This document shows positions 34,605-49,689 of a stretch of 64,000 nt of DNA, one piece after another. How positions within the stretch are numbered: the first letter of the stretch is position 1; every line of letters starts with the position of its first letter. The stretch comes from Octopus vulgaris (taxonomy: Eukaryota). The position numbers and the translations under genes were made by a program. The notes under the pieces were generated by a model. It searched no databases, was not told where the DNA came from, and worked only from the letters and a program-made list of their open reading frames with translations. The stretch spans positions 38,688,001 to 38,752,000 of the forward strand of contig OX597839.1 in NCBI GenBank assembly GCA_951406725.2, written 5' to 3'.

Positions 34605-35045
34605 TATGAGGTCTGATCAATAAGTATCCGGACTGTTGCCATAGTAACAGCTAATGCATGCAGAGTGAAGCCGCTTGGCAAAGATTGTCCTTGAATTCTG
34701 CTGTGCATGCACATTAAATTTTAACATTCTAGCTCACCTCTGCTGTTTACAGCAATGCTTTGAAGGAAGGTGTGTAGCATGTGATCGTTGTATTGACCAT
34801 GACAGAGAAAGTTGTCATAGCGATAGCTGCTCGGAGGCCTACACAAAGTTGCAGGAAGTGTATGGAGAGGAGTGTATGAGCTGCATACAAGTGTACAAGT
34901 GGTTCAGATGTTTCCAAGCTGATTGAAAAAAATGTCATTATTGACGAATGTTCTGGTAGGCCCGCAACCAGCAGAACTGAGTAAAACATCACAGATGTGA
35001 GGAGAAATCATTGAATCACAATCCGTGAGTTATCAGAGGATGTCA
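34605..35045 (+). mobile_element. Mariner transposon 5' fragment (pseudogenised transposase N-terminus)
   Basis: TIR-like gaggtctgatcaataagtatccggact; remnant EAYTKLQEVYGEECMSCIQVYKWFRCF...DECSGRPATSRT...ITIRELSED with internal stops. Confidence 0.85.
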
Positions 35046-35684
35046 TTAAACCAGCAGGTTCAACCACATATGCACCATGTTGCGTGCCTTATATAACTGA
35101 ATGTGTGATTTCTCTTTTTTTTTGTTTTCTCTTTTTACTTGTTTCAGTCATTTTGACTGTGGCCATGCTGGAGCACCGCCTTTAATCGAGCAACTCGACC
35201 CTGGGACTTATTCTTTGTAAGCCCAGTACTTATTCTATCGGTTTCTTTTGCCGAACCGCTAAGTAACGGGGACATAAACACACCAGCATCGGTGGTCAAG
35301 CAATGCTAGGGGGACAAACACAGACACACAAAATATACACACACATATATATATATATATACATATATACGATGGGCTTCTTTCAGTTTCCGTCTACCAA
35401 ATCCTCTCACAAGGCTTTGGTCAGCCCGAGGCTATAGTAGAAGACACTTGCCCAAGGTGCCATGCAGTGGGACTGAACCCACACAGCCACTCCTGCACCT
35501 ATTTATAATGGATGGATAGGTGCCCTTGCCTTGCTTGTTCTTACCACCACATTTTGGCTGATGTGGTCTCTAGCCTTCATCGGGTGTCCTGGTGGAATTT
35601 TGACGAACCCCTTTATTTGACTAAAGGGGTATCTGTCAAAGGAATTATATTTCTGCATATAAGTTTATCTTGCTCCAGTCTAAA

Positions 35685-35733
35685 CAAAACTGTCCGACGA
35701 ACAGGAACATGAAAGTCTGAGTAACAGGTTTTG
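35685..35733 (+). ncRNA. Minimal hammerhead motif (family 3, decayed helix II)
   Basis: caaaactgt-CCGACGA-aca[ggaa]cat-GAAA-gtctgag-ta|acaggttttg; helix I ctgt/acag extends through caaaa/ttttg. Confidence 0.6.
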
Positions 35734-35759
35734 TGATATTTTTGCTGCTTTTTAACAAA

Positions 35760-35791
<32 letters not shown>

Positions 35792-35853
35792 CGCCATGAT
35801 AGATCGTTAGCTCCTAGACGCATTTTTTTCTCTCCTTGTTTCTTTTCTGTGTA

Positions 35854-35891
35854 TCTTTCTGTCAAAGAGCGTAGGCTCGAAACGTAAAAGA
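35854..35891 (+). ncRNA. Minimal hammerhead motif (family 2) in a (TA)n-flanked element at about 35790-35990
   Basis: tcttt-ctgtcaa-a-gagc[gtag]gctc-GAAA-cg-ta|aaaga; perfect 5-bp helix I; the core deviates from CUGANGA. Confidence 0.55.
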
Positions 35892-36995
35892 CTTGTTTTA
35901 TTTCTATTCCTGAGCGCTATACTAATACATTTGTTTGTTTGTACTCCACCTGCCTTCGTCTTTTGTTTATTTTCATAAACCTTCCCGTTATATATATATA
36001 TGTATGCATGTATGTGTGTGTGTGTGTGTGTAGAAAGAGAGAGAGAGAGAGTAGGAGAGAATAAGAGATACAGAGAGCGTTAACATAAGAGGTGTGAGAT
36101 GAGTGCACTTACTAGGCATGGTGGCAGGCAATAAGTAAATGAACACCACACACACATAGTGAGAAAGAATTAGAGACACAAAGAAGGATGAGGAGGGGAA
36201 GTAAATGACAGGAGTTATACAAACGAGAAATTTGTTATATTTTATGTTATTTTAAGGTGATAGATATTTTAAAAATTAGGCGTAGGAGTGGCTGTGGTGT
36301 AAGTAGCTTGCTTATGAACCACATGGTTCCGGGTTCAGTCCCATTGTGTGGCACCTTGGGCAAGTGTCTTCTGTTATAGCCTTGGGCCGACCAAAGCCTT
36401 GTGAGTGGATTTGGTAGATGGAAACTGAAAGAAGTCCATCGTATATATGTATATATACATGTGTGTACGTTTGTGTGTCTGTGTTTGTCCCCCCAACATT
36501 GCTTGACAACCGATGCTGGTGTGTTTACGTCCCCATAACTTAGCAGTTCGGCAAAAGAGACCGATAGAAGAAGTATTAGGCTTACAAAGAATAAGTCCTG
36601 GGATCGATTTGCTCGACTAATGGCGGTGCTCCAGCATGGCCACAGCCAAATGCCTGAAACAAGTAAAAGAGGGAGTAAAGAGTATTCCTTTCTTTTGTTT
36701 GTATAAGCACCAAGAAATTTGATAGAAATTAAATTACAATTAATATAAGTGCCACATAAAAAGCGTCCAGTAGTCTGTAAACCGATTGTTATTAGGTGGG
36801 GGAATGTCTAAGCAGACAATGGAGCCTGGTAACCTCTCGGCCTTACCGACTTACTCGGCTGCTGGCAAACCCATGCCAGTCAGGAAACTAGATGTTTAAT
36901 GATGATGATGATTCTGATGATGACGGCGACGATTATATGTATGGCGTATTTCCTGTTATCACCCATGGTGGCAAAAATATACTTCCAAAGGTGGA

Positions 36996-37371
36996 TGGAA
37001 GCACTCCGTCGGTTACGACGACGAGGGTTCCGGTTGATCCGATCAACGGAACAGCTAGCTTGTGAAATTAACGTGTAAGTGGCTGAGCACTCCACAGACA
37101 CGTGAACCCTTAACGTAGTTCTCGGGGATATTCAGCGTGACACAGAGAGTGACAAGGCGAGCCCCTTGAAATACAGGTACAACAGAAACAGGAAGATAAG
37201 GTGAGATAAAGTTGTGGTGAAAGAGTACAGCAGGGATCACCACCATCCCCTGCCGGAGCCTCGTGGAGCTTTAGGTGTTTTCGCTCAATAAACACTCACA
37301 ACGCCCGGTCTGGGAATCGAAACCGCGATCCTACGACCGCGAGTCCGCTGCCCTAACCACTGGGCCATTGC
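36996..37371 (-). mobile_element. tRNA-headed SINE family C
   Basis: Reverse strand gcaatggcccagtggttagggcagcggactcgcgg...ggtttcgattcccagacc; near-identical copy at 59463-59852(-). Relatives at 41870-42171, 18090-18415, 32778-33097, 63163-63411 and 48645-48790. Confidence 0.85.
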
Positions 37372-38555
37372 ACTTGCACAAACTTCCAAAGGTACTCGCC
37401 ATACAACGTGTTTGAATAAAAGGCAGGCGGTTGAAATTTTCTAAATTTTTCCAAGTGCTAGGTCTAAGCGAATTATTTCCCTTGAATTATTTCCCTTCAG
37501 TTACCTCCCATGAAAAATTTCCTTTCCTTCTAAGCTTCCATACATTCTACGTTAACGTTTGAAAATACTTTTAACCTTGAAAGGAGGTCACACATCTTGT
37601 GAGCGAGAAAGGTCACAGGTAGGATAAGAGCTAAAGCTGCTCACCCCCCTTACCGTGCTACCTTCAACCCGGGGCAGTGTTTTAATATAGAATCTAAGGG
37701 TCGTCCGTCTTTACATTCTGGGTTCAAATTCCGCTGAGGTCGACTTTACCTTTCAACCTTTCGGAGGTCGATAAATTCAGTACCAGTTGCGTACTGGGGT
37801 CGATCTAATCCACTTCCCCCTCCCCACAAATTCCGGGCCTTCTGCCTAGAGTAGAAAAGAATATAGAATCCAAGGGGCCTTAACTATATACCGCAAAATA
37901 TAAGGGTTGTCGTTGTTGCGTTCTTCTTTGGTAATCAGTGATCAGGCGGCAGACGCAAGATCTAATAAAGCGCTCCAACCGTGACAGTCTCACTTTCTTC
38001 TGTGATGTACTTTCTATGAAGGGCGAACTTCATTTTCCAAAGTATGCATGAAATATGTTGTTTTTGTTGCTGTCACTGTTTAACCCTAGGTCAGTACTGA
38101 TCCCAGAGTCCTGCAAGGAAAGATGCTCCAAGCTACTTCTTTTCCCAAGGCACAGCTCCACCCAGTGGACAAAGAAACAAGGTGCAAGGGAGGTGGCACT
38201 TACACAGAAGTACAGAGTTCTCTTACTTTGCAGTTCACAGATATAAGTTTGTGATTACTTATAGCGTCTTGTCCCAACCGTCCCAACCTCAGCCTCTTTG
38301 ACTTTAGCGTACCCTGCAGTTCGCAATACTAATTTCAGGTATATTACAGGTTTTGCTTTTCGAATATAGTAAGGTACGATTGAAGAGATATTTGCCTGCT
38401 GTTTCAAGCATGAAATCGAGTGACCACCTTAGAAATCCCCGGTGGGGGGGAGGGCTGTGGAAGCTAGAATAATGTCATCTGCCTTTATTTTTCCTCTTGC
38501 ACTTGTTGGGTTGAGTTTTGTACGAGAGAGGGGTGGGGAGAGAGAGTGTAAGTGT

Positions 38556-38592
<37 letters not shown>

Positions 38593-38684
38593 AGAGGGAA
38601 AGGGAGAGAGAAAAGGAGAGAGAGGGAGACAAGGGGGCGAGAAAGAGAAAACAATTTACTGTAGCTGAGTTTTGACGACGGCAT

Positions 38685-38719
<35 letters not shown>

Positions 38720-38746
38720 CTGATATATATATAGGTAGGTACACAG

Positions 38747-38750
38747 GTAG

Positions 38751-38781
<31 letters not shown>

Positions 38782-38911
38782 GATAGACAGATAGATAGAT
38801 AGGTAGATAGATAGATAGATAGATAGATAGGTAGATAGATAGATAGATAGGTAGATAGATATATAGATAGATAGACAGATAGATAGATAGGTAGATAGAT
38901 AGATAGATAGG

Positions 38912-38946
<35 letters not shown>

Positions 38947-38967
38947 GTAGATAGATAGATAGATAGG

Positions 38968-39003
<36 letters not shown>

Positions 39004-39023
39004 CAGATAGATAGATAGGTAGC

Positions 39024-39055
<32 letters not shown>

Positions 39056-39106
39056 AAGATAGATAGATAGACAGATAGATAGATAGGTAGATAGATAGAT
39101 AGATAA

Positions 39107-39167
<61 letters not shown>

Positions 39168-39340
39168 CAGATAGATAGATAGGTAGATAGATAGATAGAT
39201 AGGTAGATAGATATATAGATAGATAGACAGATAGATAGATAGGTAGATAGATAGATAGATAGGTAGATAGATAGATAGATAGATAGATAGACAGATAGAT
39301 AGATAGGTAGATAGATAGATAGATACAGATAGACAGATAG
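38747..39340. repeat. (GATA)n tetranucleotide microsatellite
   Basis: Direct reading. Confidence 0.97.
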
Positions 39341-40276
39341 GGAGGCATGCATAAGTGGTGAAAACACTGGAAAATATTTTGGCATTATTGATTCACTATT
39401 GCATGTGTTTTATTTGCAGATAGGAGTTACAAAATTGTACATGTAGTAGAAAGCATGAACACGTTTCCCATAAGATATTCTTTGGATTCCTATTACCAAA
39501 TGAAACACGTGTAATGGTGAGTAAATACTACCAAGAAGTTTCCCTCAGAACATAACGGCAGACGAAATACCTATTTCTTTATTACCCACAAGGGGCTAAA
39601 CAGAGAGGGGACAAACAAGGACAAACGGATTAAGTCGATTACATCGACCCCAGTGCGTAACAGGTACTTAATTTATCGAGCCCGAAAGGATGAAAGGCAA
39701 AGTCGACCTCCGCGGAATTTGAACTCGGAACGTAACGGCAGACGAAATACAGCTAAGCATTCGCCCGGCGTGCTAACGTTTCTGCCTGCTCGCCGCCTTG
39801 CGGTATACACTCTTCAGGCCAAGGATAAATTGATTGAATGACGTTTACAGGCTTCCGTACAGTTTCTATCTACCAAATACCCTCACAAGGCATTGGTAGT
39901 CAGCTCGGTACTTTAGTACAAGAGATGTCCAAGGTGTCACGCTCTGGGACCGAACCGGAAACTGAAACCACATGGTTGCAAAGCTGAACAAATTAAAAAG
40001 AACCACTAAAAATCGGGATGGTCATGACTGGAATGCTTGATCAGAGCTAACGTAAGGTTGCACAACAGCAGTAATGGCAGCATACACTATATTTCGATAA
40101 GCATTACATATATGGACGTAGGCGTGGTTGTGTGGGTAAGAAGCCCGCTGCTAAACCACATGGTTCTGGGTTCAGTTCCTCTGCATGGCACCTTGGATAA
40201 ATGTCTTGTAATACAGCCCCAGGGCTTGTAACTGGATTTTGGTATATGGAAACTGAAAGAAACTCCTCGTATGTAG

Positions 40277-40308
<32 letters not shown>

Positions 40309-41124
40309 ATGTGTGTGTTTGTGTGTATGTACGTATATGTATGTATCTATGTATGTATGTGTGTGTATATCTTTGTGTATGTCTTCACATATCGCTTGAC
40401 AATCAGTGTTGGTTTGTTTACGTCCACGTAAAATAACGCTTCGGCCTAAGAGAACAGAGAAAAAATACCAGTTGCTAATAAGAAATCACTATCGGGTTTG
40501 ATTTGTTCGACCCACACCTTGAAGGCAGTGCCCCAGGATGGCCGCAGTACAAACAAATGAAAGACGAAAGAGAAGATAACTTAATCAGTAACTTATTTTA
40601 AGCTGAGAAATAAGAAAAAAAAAAAAAGTATGAGGAGGAAAAAAAAATCCTTGAATCAACAAGGGAAGTAACTTTTAAAATTTCAAGGGAAACAACTTCT
40701 CTATAAACAATTTGATCGAGAAAAATGTAATGAACTTAATCCCTTTGTTTGTCCTTGTTTGTCCCTCTATGTTTAGCTCCCTATGGGCAATAAAGAAATA
40801 TATCTATGAAGAAACAAAAGGCGGCGAGGTGACGGAATCGTTAGCACGTCGGGCAAAATGCTTAACTGCATTTCGTCCGTCTTTACGTTCTGGTTGGGCA
40901 CTTTTAGTAACTGGCGGGTGGTCGGAATACTTCCACAACAACTTTCCTCTCACAAAACTTGCTGGCCTTGTGCTAAAATTTGAAACCAATATATTATATG
41001 AATAAAAAAAAAACACACACACACACAAAAGCGAACCAAAAGTAGCTTTGAAAATAGAAACACACACACACACAGAGCCCCCCCCCCCCCATGCATACAC
41101 AGAGAAAGAAAACCAGTATAAAAA

Positions 41125-41500
41125 ACAATAACTCTGAGCACCGTTTCAAACTCCACCCGTCTAACACCCGTGGACATGTTTACAAAGCCAGAAAACAGCA
41201 CAGCTCCCATGACTTTAGGAAACATTTTTTCACGCTAAGAGTTTCTGAAACATGGAACAAACTGCCGGCATCAGTTGTTAGTTGTCGGAGCACTGCATCC
41301 TTCAAGACTGCCATGCTTCCTGAGATTCGCCAACACTACACCTGATTTTCTCCCCTCCATACACACACAAGCATGTATCTGACTCATATATTATTCGCTT
41401 TCCAGACATTTGTACATTACTGCATACACTTTATACGCACTTTCTGACAAGTTGTGGTGCACCTGAGCACTGTATACAATAATTTCATTATATTATATTA
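41125..41500 (+). mobile_element. CR1-group LINE 3' fragment
   Basis: SNTRGHVYK...RKHFFTLRVSETWNKLPASVV...SFK, the typical CR1-group ORF2 C-terminus, then a 3' UTR with an (ATT)n-like tail. Confidence 0.8.
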
Positions 41501-42323
41501 TATCATAAACTAACAAATATTTAAATTAGATGAATGAGGACAATTTAAAAGAGAAATTATGGGCGGTAAAAGGCCTCTCAAACCTTGAAGACACTGATTT
41601 TTTTCTAAAACAATCGATCCGAACGCCTTTCCAATTATTGATTTTTCTTAACCAGTGGGTGGTCACTTTGGTGAATAATCACTAAATTAAACAAATATTA
41701 GATTTACTTAAATGATGTAATTGAATTACAGATACCTGTATATTTGAGTAAAACCAGTGAAGACTTATTAGTGGTTCTGGGTCATCATTGTCCAGAGAGT
41801 CAGTGTTTTACCTGTATTGTATATTTGTATAGACATACAACTAGTGTGTGTATGTGTGTGTAATGTATATCCCGTGACCGACCAGGCTATCAGATGTTGC
41901 TACACATCGCTTGTCACAATGCGCTTCGCATTGTTTTAGCCTTCAAATGACGCCACCCCGCTGGCTAAGCGAGCAGGCCAACAGAAGAAAGAGTGAGAGA
42001 AAGTTGTGACGAAAGAGTACAGCAAGGATCGCCACCCCACCCCCTGCCGGAGGCTCGTGGAGCTTTAGGTGTTTTCGTTCAATAAACACCCACAACGCCC
42101 GGTCTGGGAATCGAAAACGTGATCCTACAACTGCGAGTCCGCTGCCCTAACCACTGGGCCATTGCGCCTCCACATAATGTATATATTGCTTATTTATGTG
42201 AATATGTACAGGTTATGCAAGTACAACATGGATTTTCTGGAATCTTTCGATCCAAAACCTTTCCAGAATACTGACGCTTTTTCTTAAACAGGGGTGGTCA
42301 CTTTGCTCATCACACTTTAAATA

Positions 42324-42463
42324 TTAGGTTGTCCTAAAAGTTCGTAAACACTTGCGAAAATTGAATTTTTACTCGCCAAGTACTAACAAAACAACAAAAA
42401 TGATTCCTCAAAATAAAGACCATTATTTTCCAAGACTTTCTACGAACTTTTGGGACAACCTTA
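42324..42463. mobile_element. Mariner-type MITE
   Basis: TA-flanked; TIR ttaggttgtcctaaaagttcgta / tacgaacttttgggacaacctta. Confidence 0.8.
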
Positions 42464-43707
42464 TAGAACAAATACTAAATTTATTCACTTAATTGAAATA
42501 CAGGTACCTGTACATTGGTATAAATTAGTGCAGGTTATAAGAGATTCCGGGCCATTACTGTCCAGAATGTCAGTGTTGTCCCTGCATATTGAGATCTTGA
42601 CATTTATTGATGATTCGATTAGGAATTTCTGTAACATGGCTATGTGGCTGGGAAGTTTGCTTCTCAACCACGTGGTGATCGTTTCAGTTCTCTCTTTACT
42701 CTTTTACTTGTTTCAGTCATTTGACTGCGGCCATGCTGGAGCAACGCCTTTTAGTCGAGCAAATCGACCCCCAGGACTTATTCTTTGTAAGCCTAGTACT
42801 TATTCTGTCGGTCTCTTTTGCCGAACCGCTAAGTTACGGTGACATAAACACACCAGCATCGGTTGTCAAGCGATGTTGTGGGGGGACAAACACAGACACA
42901 CGCAAACACACGCGCGCACACACACACACACGTATATATATTTATATATATACATATATACGACGGGCTTCTTTCAGTTTCCATCTACCAAATCCACTCA
43001 CAAGGCTTTGGTCGGCCCGAGGCTATAGTAGAAGACACTTGTCCAAGGTGCCACTCAGTGGGACTGAACCCGGAACCATGTGGTTGGTAAGCAAGCAACT
43101 TACCACACAGCCACTCTTGCGCCTAAGTAGCACATCACTTTGGGCAAGTGTATTCTACTCTAGTCCCCGGGCCTACCCGGGCCTACCGGGTCATGTGAGT
43201 AAATTTGGCCTACGGAAACTGAATGGAAGCCCGCCGTAAGGCTATATATAAGTGTGCCTGTGAAGGCGGTGAGCTGGCAGAAACGTTAGCATGCCGGGCG
43301 AAATGCGTAGCCGTATTTCGTCTGCCGCTACGTTCTGAGTTCAAATTCCGCCGAGGTCGACTTTGCCTTTCATCCTTTCGGGGTCGATTAAATAAGTACC
43401 AGTTACGCACTGGGATCGATATAATCGACTTAATCCGTTTGTCTGTCCTTGTTTGTCCCCTCTGTGTTTAGCCCCTTGTGGGTAGTAAAGAAATAGGTAT
43501 TTCGTCTGCCGCTACGTTCTGAGTTCAAATTCTGCCGAGGTCGACTTTGCCTTTCATCCTCTCGAGGTCGATTAAATAAGTACCAGTTACGTATTGGGGT
43601 CAATGTAATCGACTTAATCCCTTTGTTTGTCCTCTCTATGTTTAGCCCCCACCCGTGGGCAATGAAGAAATAAATATATATATAAGCGAGCCTGTGAGTG
43701 CGTGTGC

Positions 43708-43741
<34 letters not shown>

Positions 43742-44081
43742 CTGTATGTGCATGTGCGTGTGTGTGTGTGTGTGTGTGTATGTGCGTGCGTGCGTGTATA
43801 TTTGTGAGTTCCTCCCACCAAAAGGAACCGATGAAATAAGTACGAGATAGGGACGATTTGTTCACTAAGACTCTTCAAAGCGGTGCTCCAGCATGGCCGC
43901 AATCCAATGAATGAAACGAATAAAAGATGAAACAAGAACCACTTAACCTTTTGTCCCTGATTGTTGTGTATTATCAGATTTAAAGCAAATTACGACCGGA
44001 TTATAATCCTGATCTCTTCTACGGACTGTTTTTACTTAATGAATCTTCAACGAATCAATATACACACGACTTGATGAACAA

Positions 44082-44114
<33 letters not shown>

Positions 44115-44266
44115 CTCTTTTACTTGTTTCAGTCATTTGACTGCGGCCATGCTGGAGCACCGCCTTTAGTCGAGCAAATCGACCCCGGGACCCCAAGCAA
44201 TGCTAGGGGGACAAACACAGACACGCAACCCGCCCCCTCCACACACATACATGAAAGAAGCCAGTC

Positions 44267-44313
<47 letters not shown>

Positions 44314-44343
44314 TACGACTGGCTTCTTTCAGTTTCCGTCTAC

Positions 44344-44384
<41 letters not shown>

Positions 44385-44557
44385 GACTGGCTTCTTTCAG
44401 TTTCCGTCTACCAAATCCACTCACAAGGCATTGGTCGGCCCGGGGCTATAGCAGAAGACACTTGCCCAAGATGCCACGCAGTGGGACTGAACCCGGAACC
44501 ATGTGGTTGGTAAGCAAGCTACTTACCACACAGCCACTCCTGCGCCTATATATATCC

Positions 44558-44747
44558 ACAAAAATTTTATAATTATGAGCATAATTATAATTAGGGTTCA
44601 GCAATAATCAGAGTTGTAGAGTATTGCTGTCTGGGAGATATCTTATGGTAGTAGTGTTTTAACTGCTATTTCTAAATTTCCGTATGTGGTGAAGCAAATT
44701 CTACTGAACCCTAATTATAATTATGCTCATAATTATAAAATTTTTGT
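44558..44747. repeat. 44-bp perfect inverted repeat with a 102-bp spacer
   Basis: 44558-44601 is the reverse complement of 44704-44747. Confidence 0.85.
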
Positions 44748-45050
44748 ATAAGTTTATTGATAATAGTTCTTTTAACATACCGAACTACTTGGTAAAATTA
44801 TTGATTATTAATTGATTAATTAATTTTACCCTTTATTATTATTATTATTATTATTATATGTTCTTTTTCTTTCCTTTTATTCTTTAACTTGTTTCAGTCA
44901 TTTGACTGCGGCCATGCTGGAGCACCGCCTTTTAGTGGAACAAATCGATCCTAGGACTTATTCGTTGTATGTCTAGTGCCTATCCTATCGGTCTCTTTCG
45001 CCGAACAGCTAAGTTACAGGGACGTAAACACACCAACATCAGTTGTCAAG

Positions 45051-45385
45051 CGTTTCTGCACCGTGCCTTGAGGTCAAAAGCAACACAAGCCTTCTTTGGT
45101 GAGAAGGCGCTGATTTTTGTGAGGGCCAATACCTGGCCCAGCAGTAACCCAGATCTTAAACCTTCTCGATTACTTTTTATGGGGTATACTACAAGCAAGG
45201 ATCAATGCTTCACTACACTCGAGAGTCAACAGTGTGAAGACCTGCATAGTCCGTGCAACACAAAATGGTGGAGGTTGCAGCAACTACAAAAAAAAAAAAA
45301 ATTCGTTCTTGTATGGAGGCAGTAATTGCCCCAAAGGGCGGCCAAATTGAGTGAGAATAAATGTTGTACTAAATATTACAGGACA
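45051..45385 (+). mobile_element. Tc1/maT-like transposase C-terminal fragment
   Basis: WPSSNPDLKP-LDYFLWGIL...EAVIAPKGGQIE* (frameshifted WPxxSPDLNPLDY motif). Confidence 0.75.
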
Positions 45386-45465
45386 TGTCTACCACCATTA
45401 TTTTAGTATTCATAACCAGTTTTATGCATCGTAGAATTAGTCTCTCAATTTATCTGCAATCCCCG

Positions 45466-47513
<2,048 letters not shown>

Positions 47514-47640
47514 CGCATGCACACACATTTAATTTAATTTAATAATTTTAATATATACGGTGCTTCCCCCATCCCACCATCAATTCTTCCACACATTTTC
47601 GCCTGAAAATCTCCTTTGCACGAATATATATATATATATA

Positions 47641-47674
<34 letters not shown>

Positions 47675-49115
47675 AACATTTATCGCCATTTCACGAATAT
47701 ACATTTTTAATAAATCGTGTTTACAATTTAATCGCATGCATACTTAATTCGATATTATTAATAACATTCATGGCTTCTCCTCTCTACACATGCACGATTT
47801 CGATTGAAGATTTTATGGTTTTTGTTGGTTCGTTTGAAAATGATGGAAGATTAAATTAAGGAAACCCTAGCTTTGTTTGTTTTCAGACTTAATCTGAACA
47901 GAGTATTATATCGCGAAATTTTACGCCTCCTAACCCTGTAGTTTGAGGCATGAAATCCAGTCAGTAATTGTATTTTTTCCAGAGAATCCTATCCTCTGTT
48001 CCTGAGGTGTGTTCTGTGTTATAATTCTTTCTATTACTAACAAAAGGTTTGCAAATCGTGAGAAAGGGCCTAATTCAATTACACCAACCACAGGTTTTTA
48101 CTTGTACAAATTTCATCGACTCCGAAAGGATGAAACATAAAGTCATCCCTTATAACAGAGAGTAGTCGCCATATTTTCTCCCGTAACTGCCAACTCTGAA
48201 GAGCGCAGGGTTGCATAATCAGGATGCTATCTAACATCATGTTCAACCCCCAGTGCGAAACCGACTATTAAGATCTGTCGTAATGGAAATATGATAGTGT
48301 ACTCATTGATTAACACACACACACACACACACTTTATTTGTCCTGTACAAGGTTTCTTTCTTAAGCATTTCTGGTCCTGCCCCCAAGGTCTCTACTAAGC
48401 ACTACATTCTCTTTGTTTAATAGTATTTAAACTCCTTCACCATTTTCATCAAACCAATTTTGCTCTTTTGTTTTCGACAAATACTTTTGATGATGAAATC
48501 TCCCTCCGAATCAAGCGAGCCAGTGATGCATTCGGAGCAATTGAACAGATGCCTATGGTCTCAGCATAGAATCTCAATTGAGACAAAATTGAAGCTCTAC
48601 AATTCTTTGCTTTGTCTTCGTTGCTATATGCTTGTAAAATTTAATGGCTAAGTGGTTTGGGTAGCCGGCTCAAAACCATTAGGCCGCGAGTTCGATAACT
48701 GGCGTCGTGTTGTGCTCTTGAGCAAGACACTTTATTTCTCGTTGCTTCAGTCCACTCAGCTGGCAAAAATAAGTTGTGCCTATATTTCAAACGTCTTCAT
48801 CTATCTTCTAAATTGGATTCACTCTTTCATCGTCATCGTGTGGCTTCCTTGTCTTTTTCTATAAGTATTTCCATGGGCATTTTTCAGCTGAGTTCTCTTA
48901 TCTGGTTCCTCCTTTAAGAACTTATCAGCGATCAACCAGACTTGCATCCAGTTCTCAGTGTCTTAAAGACCTTTACAGTACCAGTTTTTTCCCTCGCTCC
49001 TCTGAATTTTGGAATTCCTTTCCACAGTCTTGTTTCCCTCTTCAATATGACATCTATTATGTAAATAGAGGAATTTATCTGTAAAAGTAATATGTGACAA
49101 TTATTCGGTAGCCAT

Positions 49116-49176
49116 GATAAAACTCCGAGTTTCGGATGCCGAGGTGGAAATCCACGCCGCCATCTCTTCAGTTATC
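49116..49176 (-). ncRNA. Type-I hammerhead motif (family 4) within a 76-bp-arm fold-back at 49077-49387
   Basis: Reverse strand: gataa-CTGAAGA-gatg[...]catcc-GAAA-ctc[g]gag-tt|ttatc; helix I gataa/ttatc is perfect. Confidence 0.65.
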
Positions 49177-49384
49177 CAGCCATCGGAAAAATGCTATGGA
49201 AATGATTGTTATACAAAGGGAAATTACTGTGTAATTGACCGTTATTAAGACAAAAGAGCTATTTGAATGACCGCTAAGTAAGGGGGTAAAAAGTTCATAG
49301 TATTCACGTAAGATTTCCACCTCGGCATCCGAAACTCGGAATTTTATCATGGCTACCGAATAATTGTCACATATTACTTTTACA

Positions 49385-49433
<49 letters not shown>

Positions 49434-49598
49434 ACATAAATATGCAAACACATAAATGTGAAACAAGGTGGAAAAAGAGTACTCAAATACCAGTGGTAGA
49501 GTAATATGCTTTATTTAAAGCAGCGGAAAATTCAACAAAACGGTGACGTGATACTCAGAGTAACAGGTTTTGTTGAATTTTCTGCTGCTTTAAATAAA

Positions 49599-49689
<91 letters not shown>

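Noticed and set aside
37290-37371. tRNA genes at SINE C and SINE A heads
   Set aside because: A/B boxes are present, but the heads continue into multi-copy bodies and tails and lack a proper cloverleaf.
38055-38246. Unique-looking 63-aa ORF
   Set aside because: No recognisable motif and no consistent splice-site pair on either strand.
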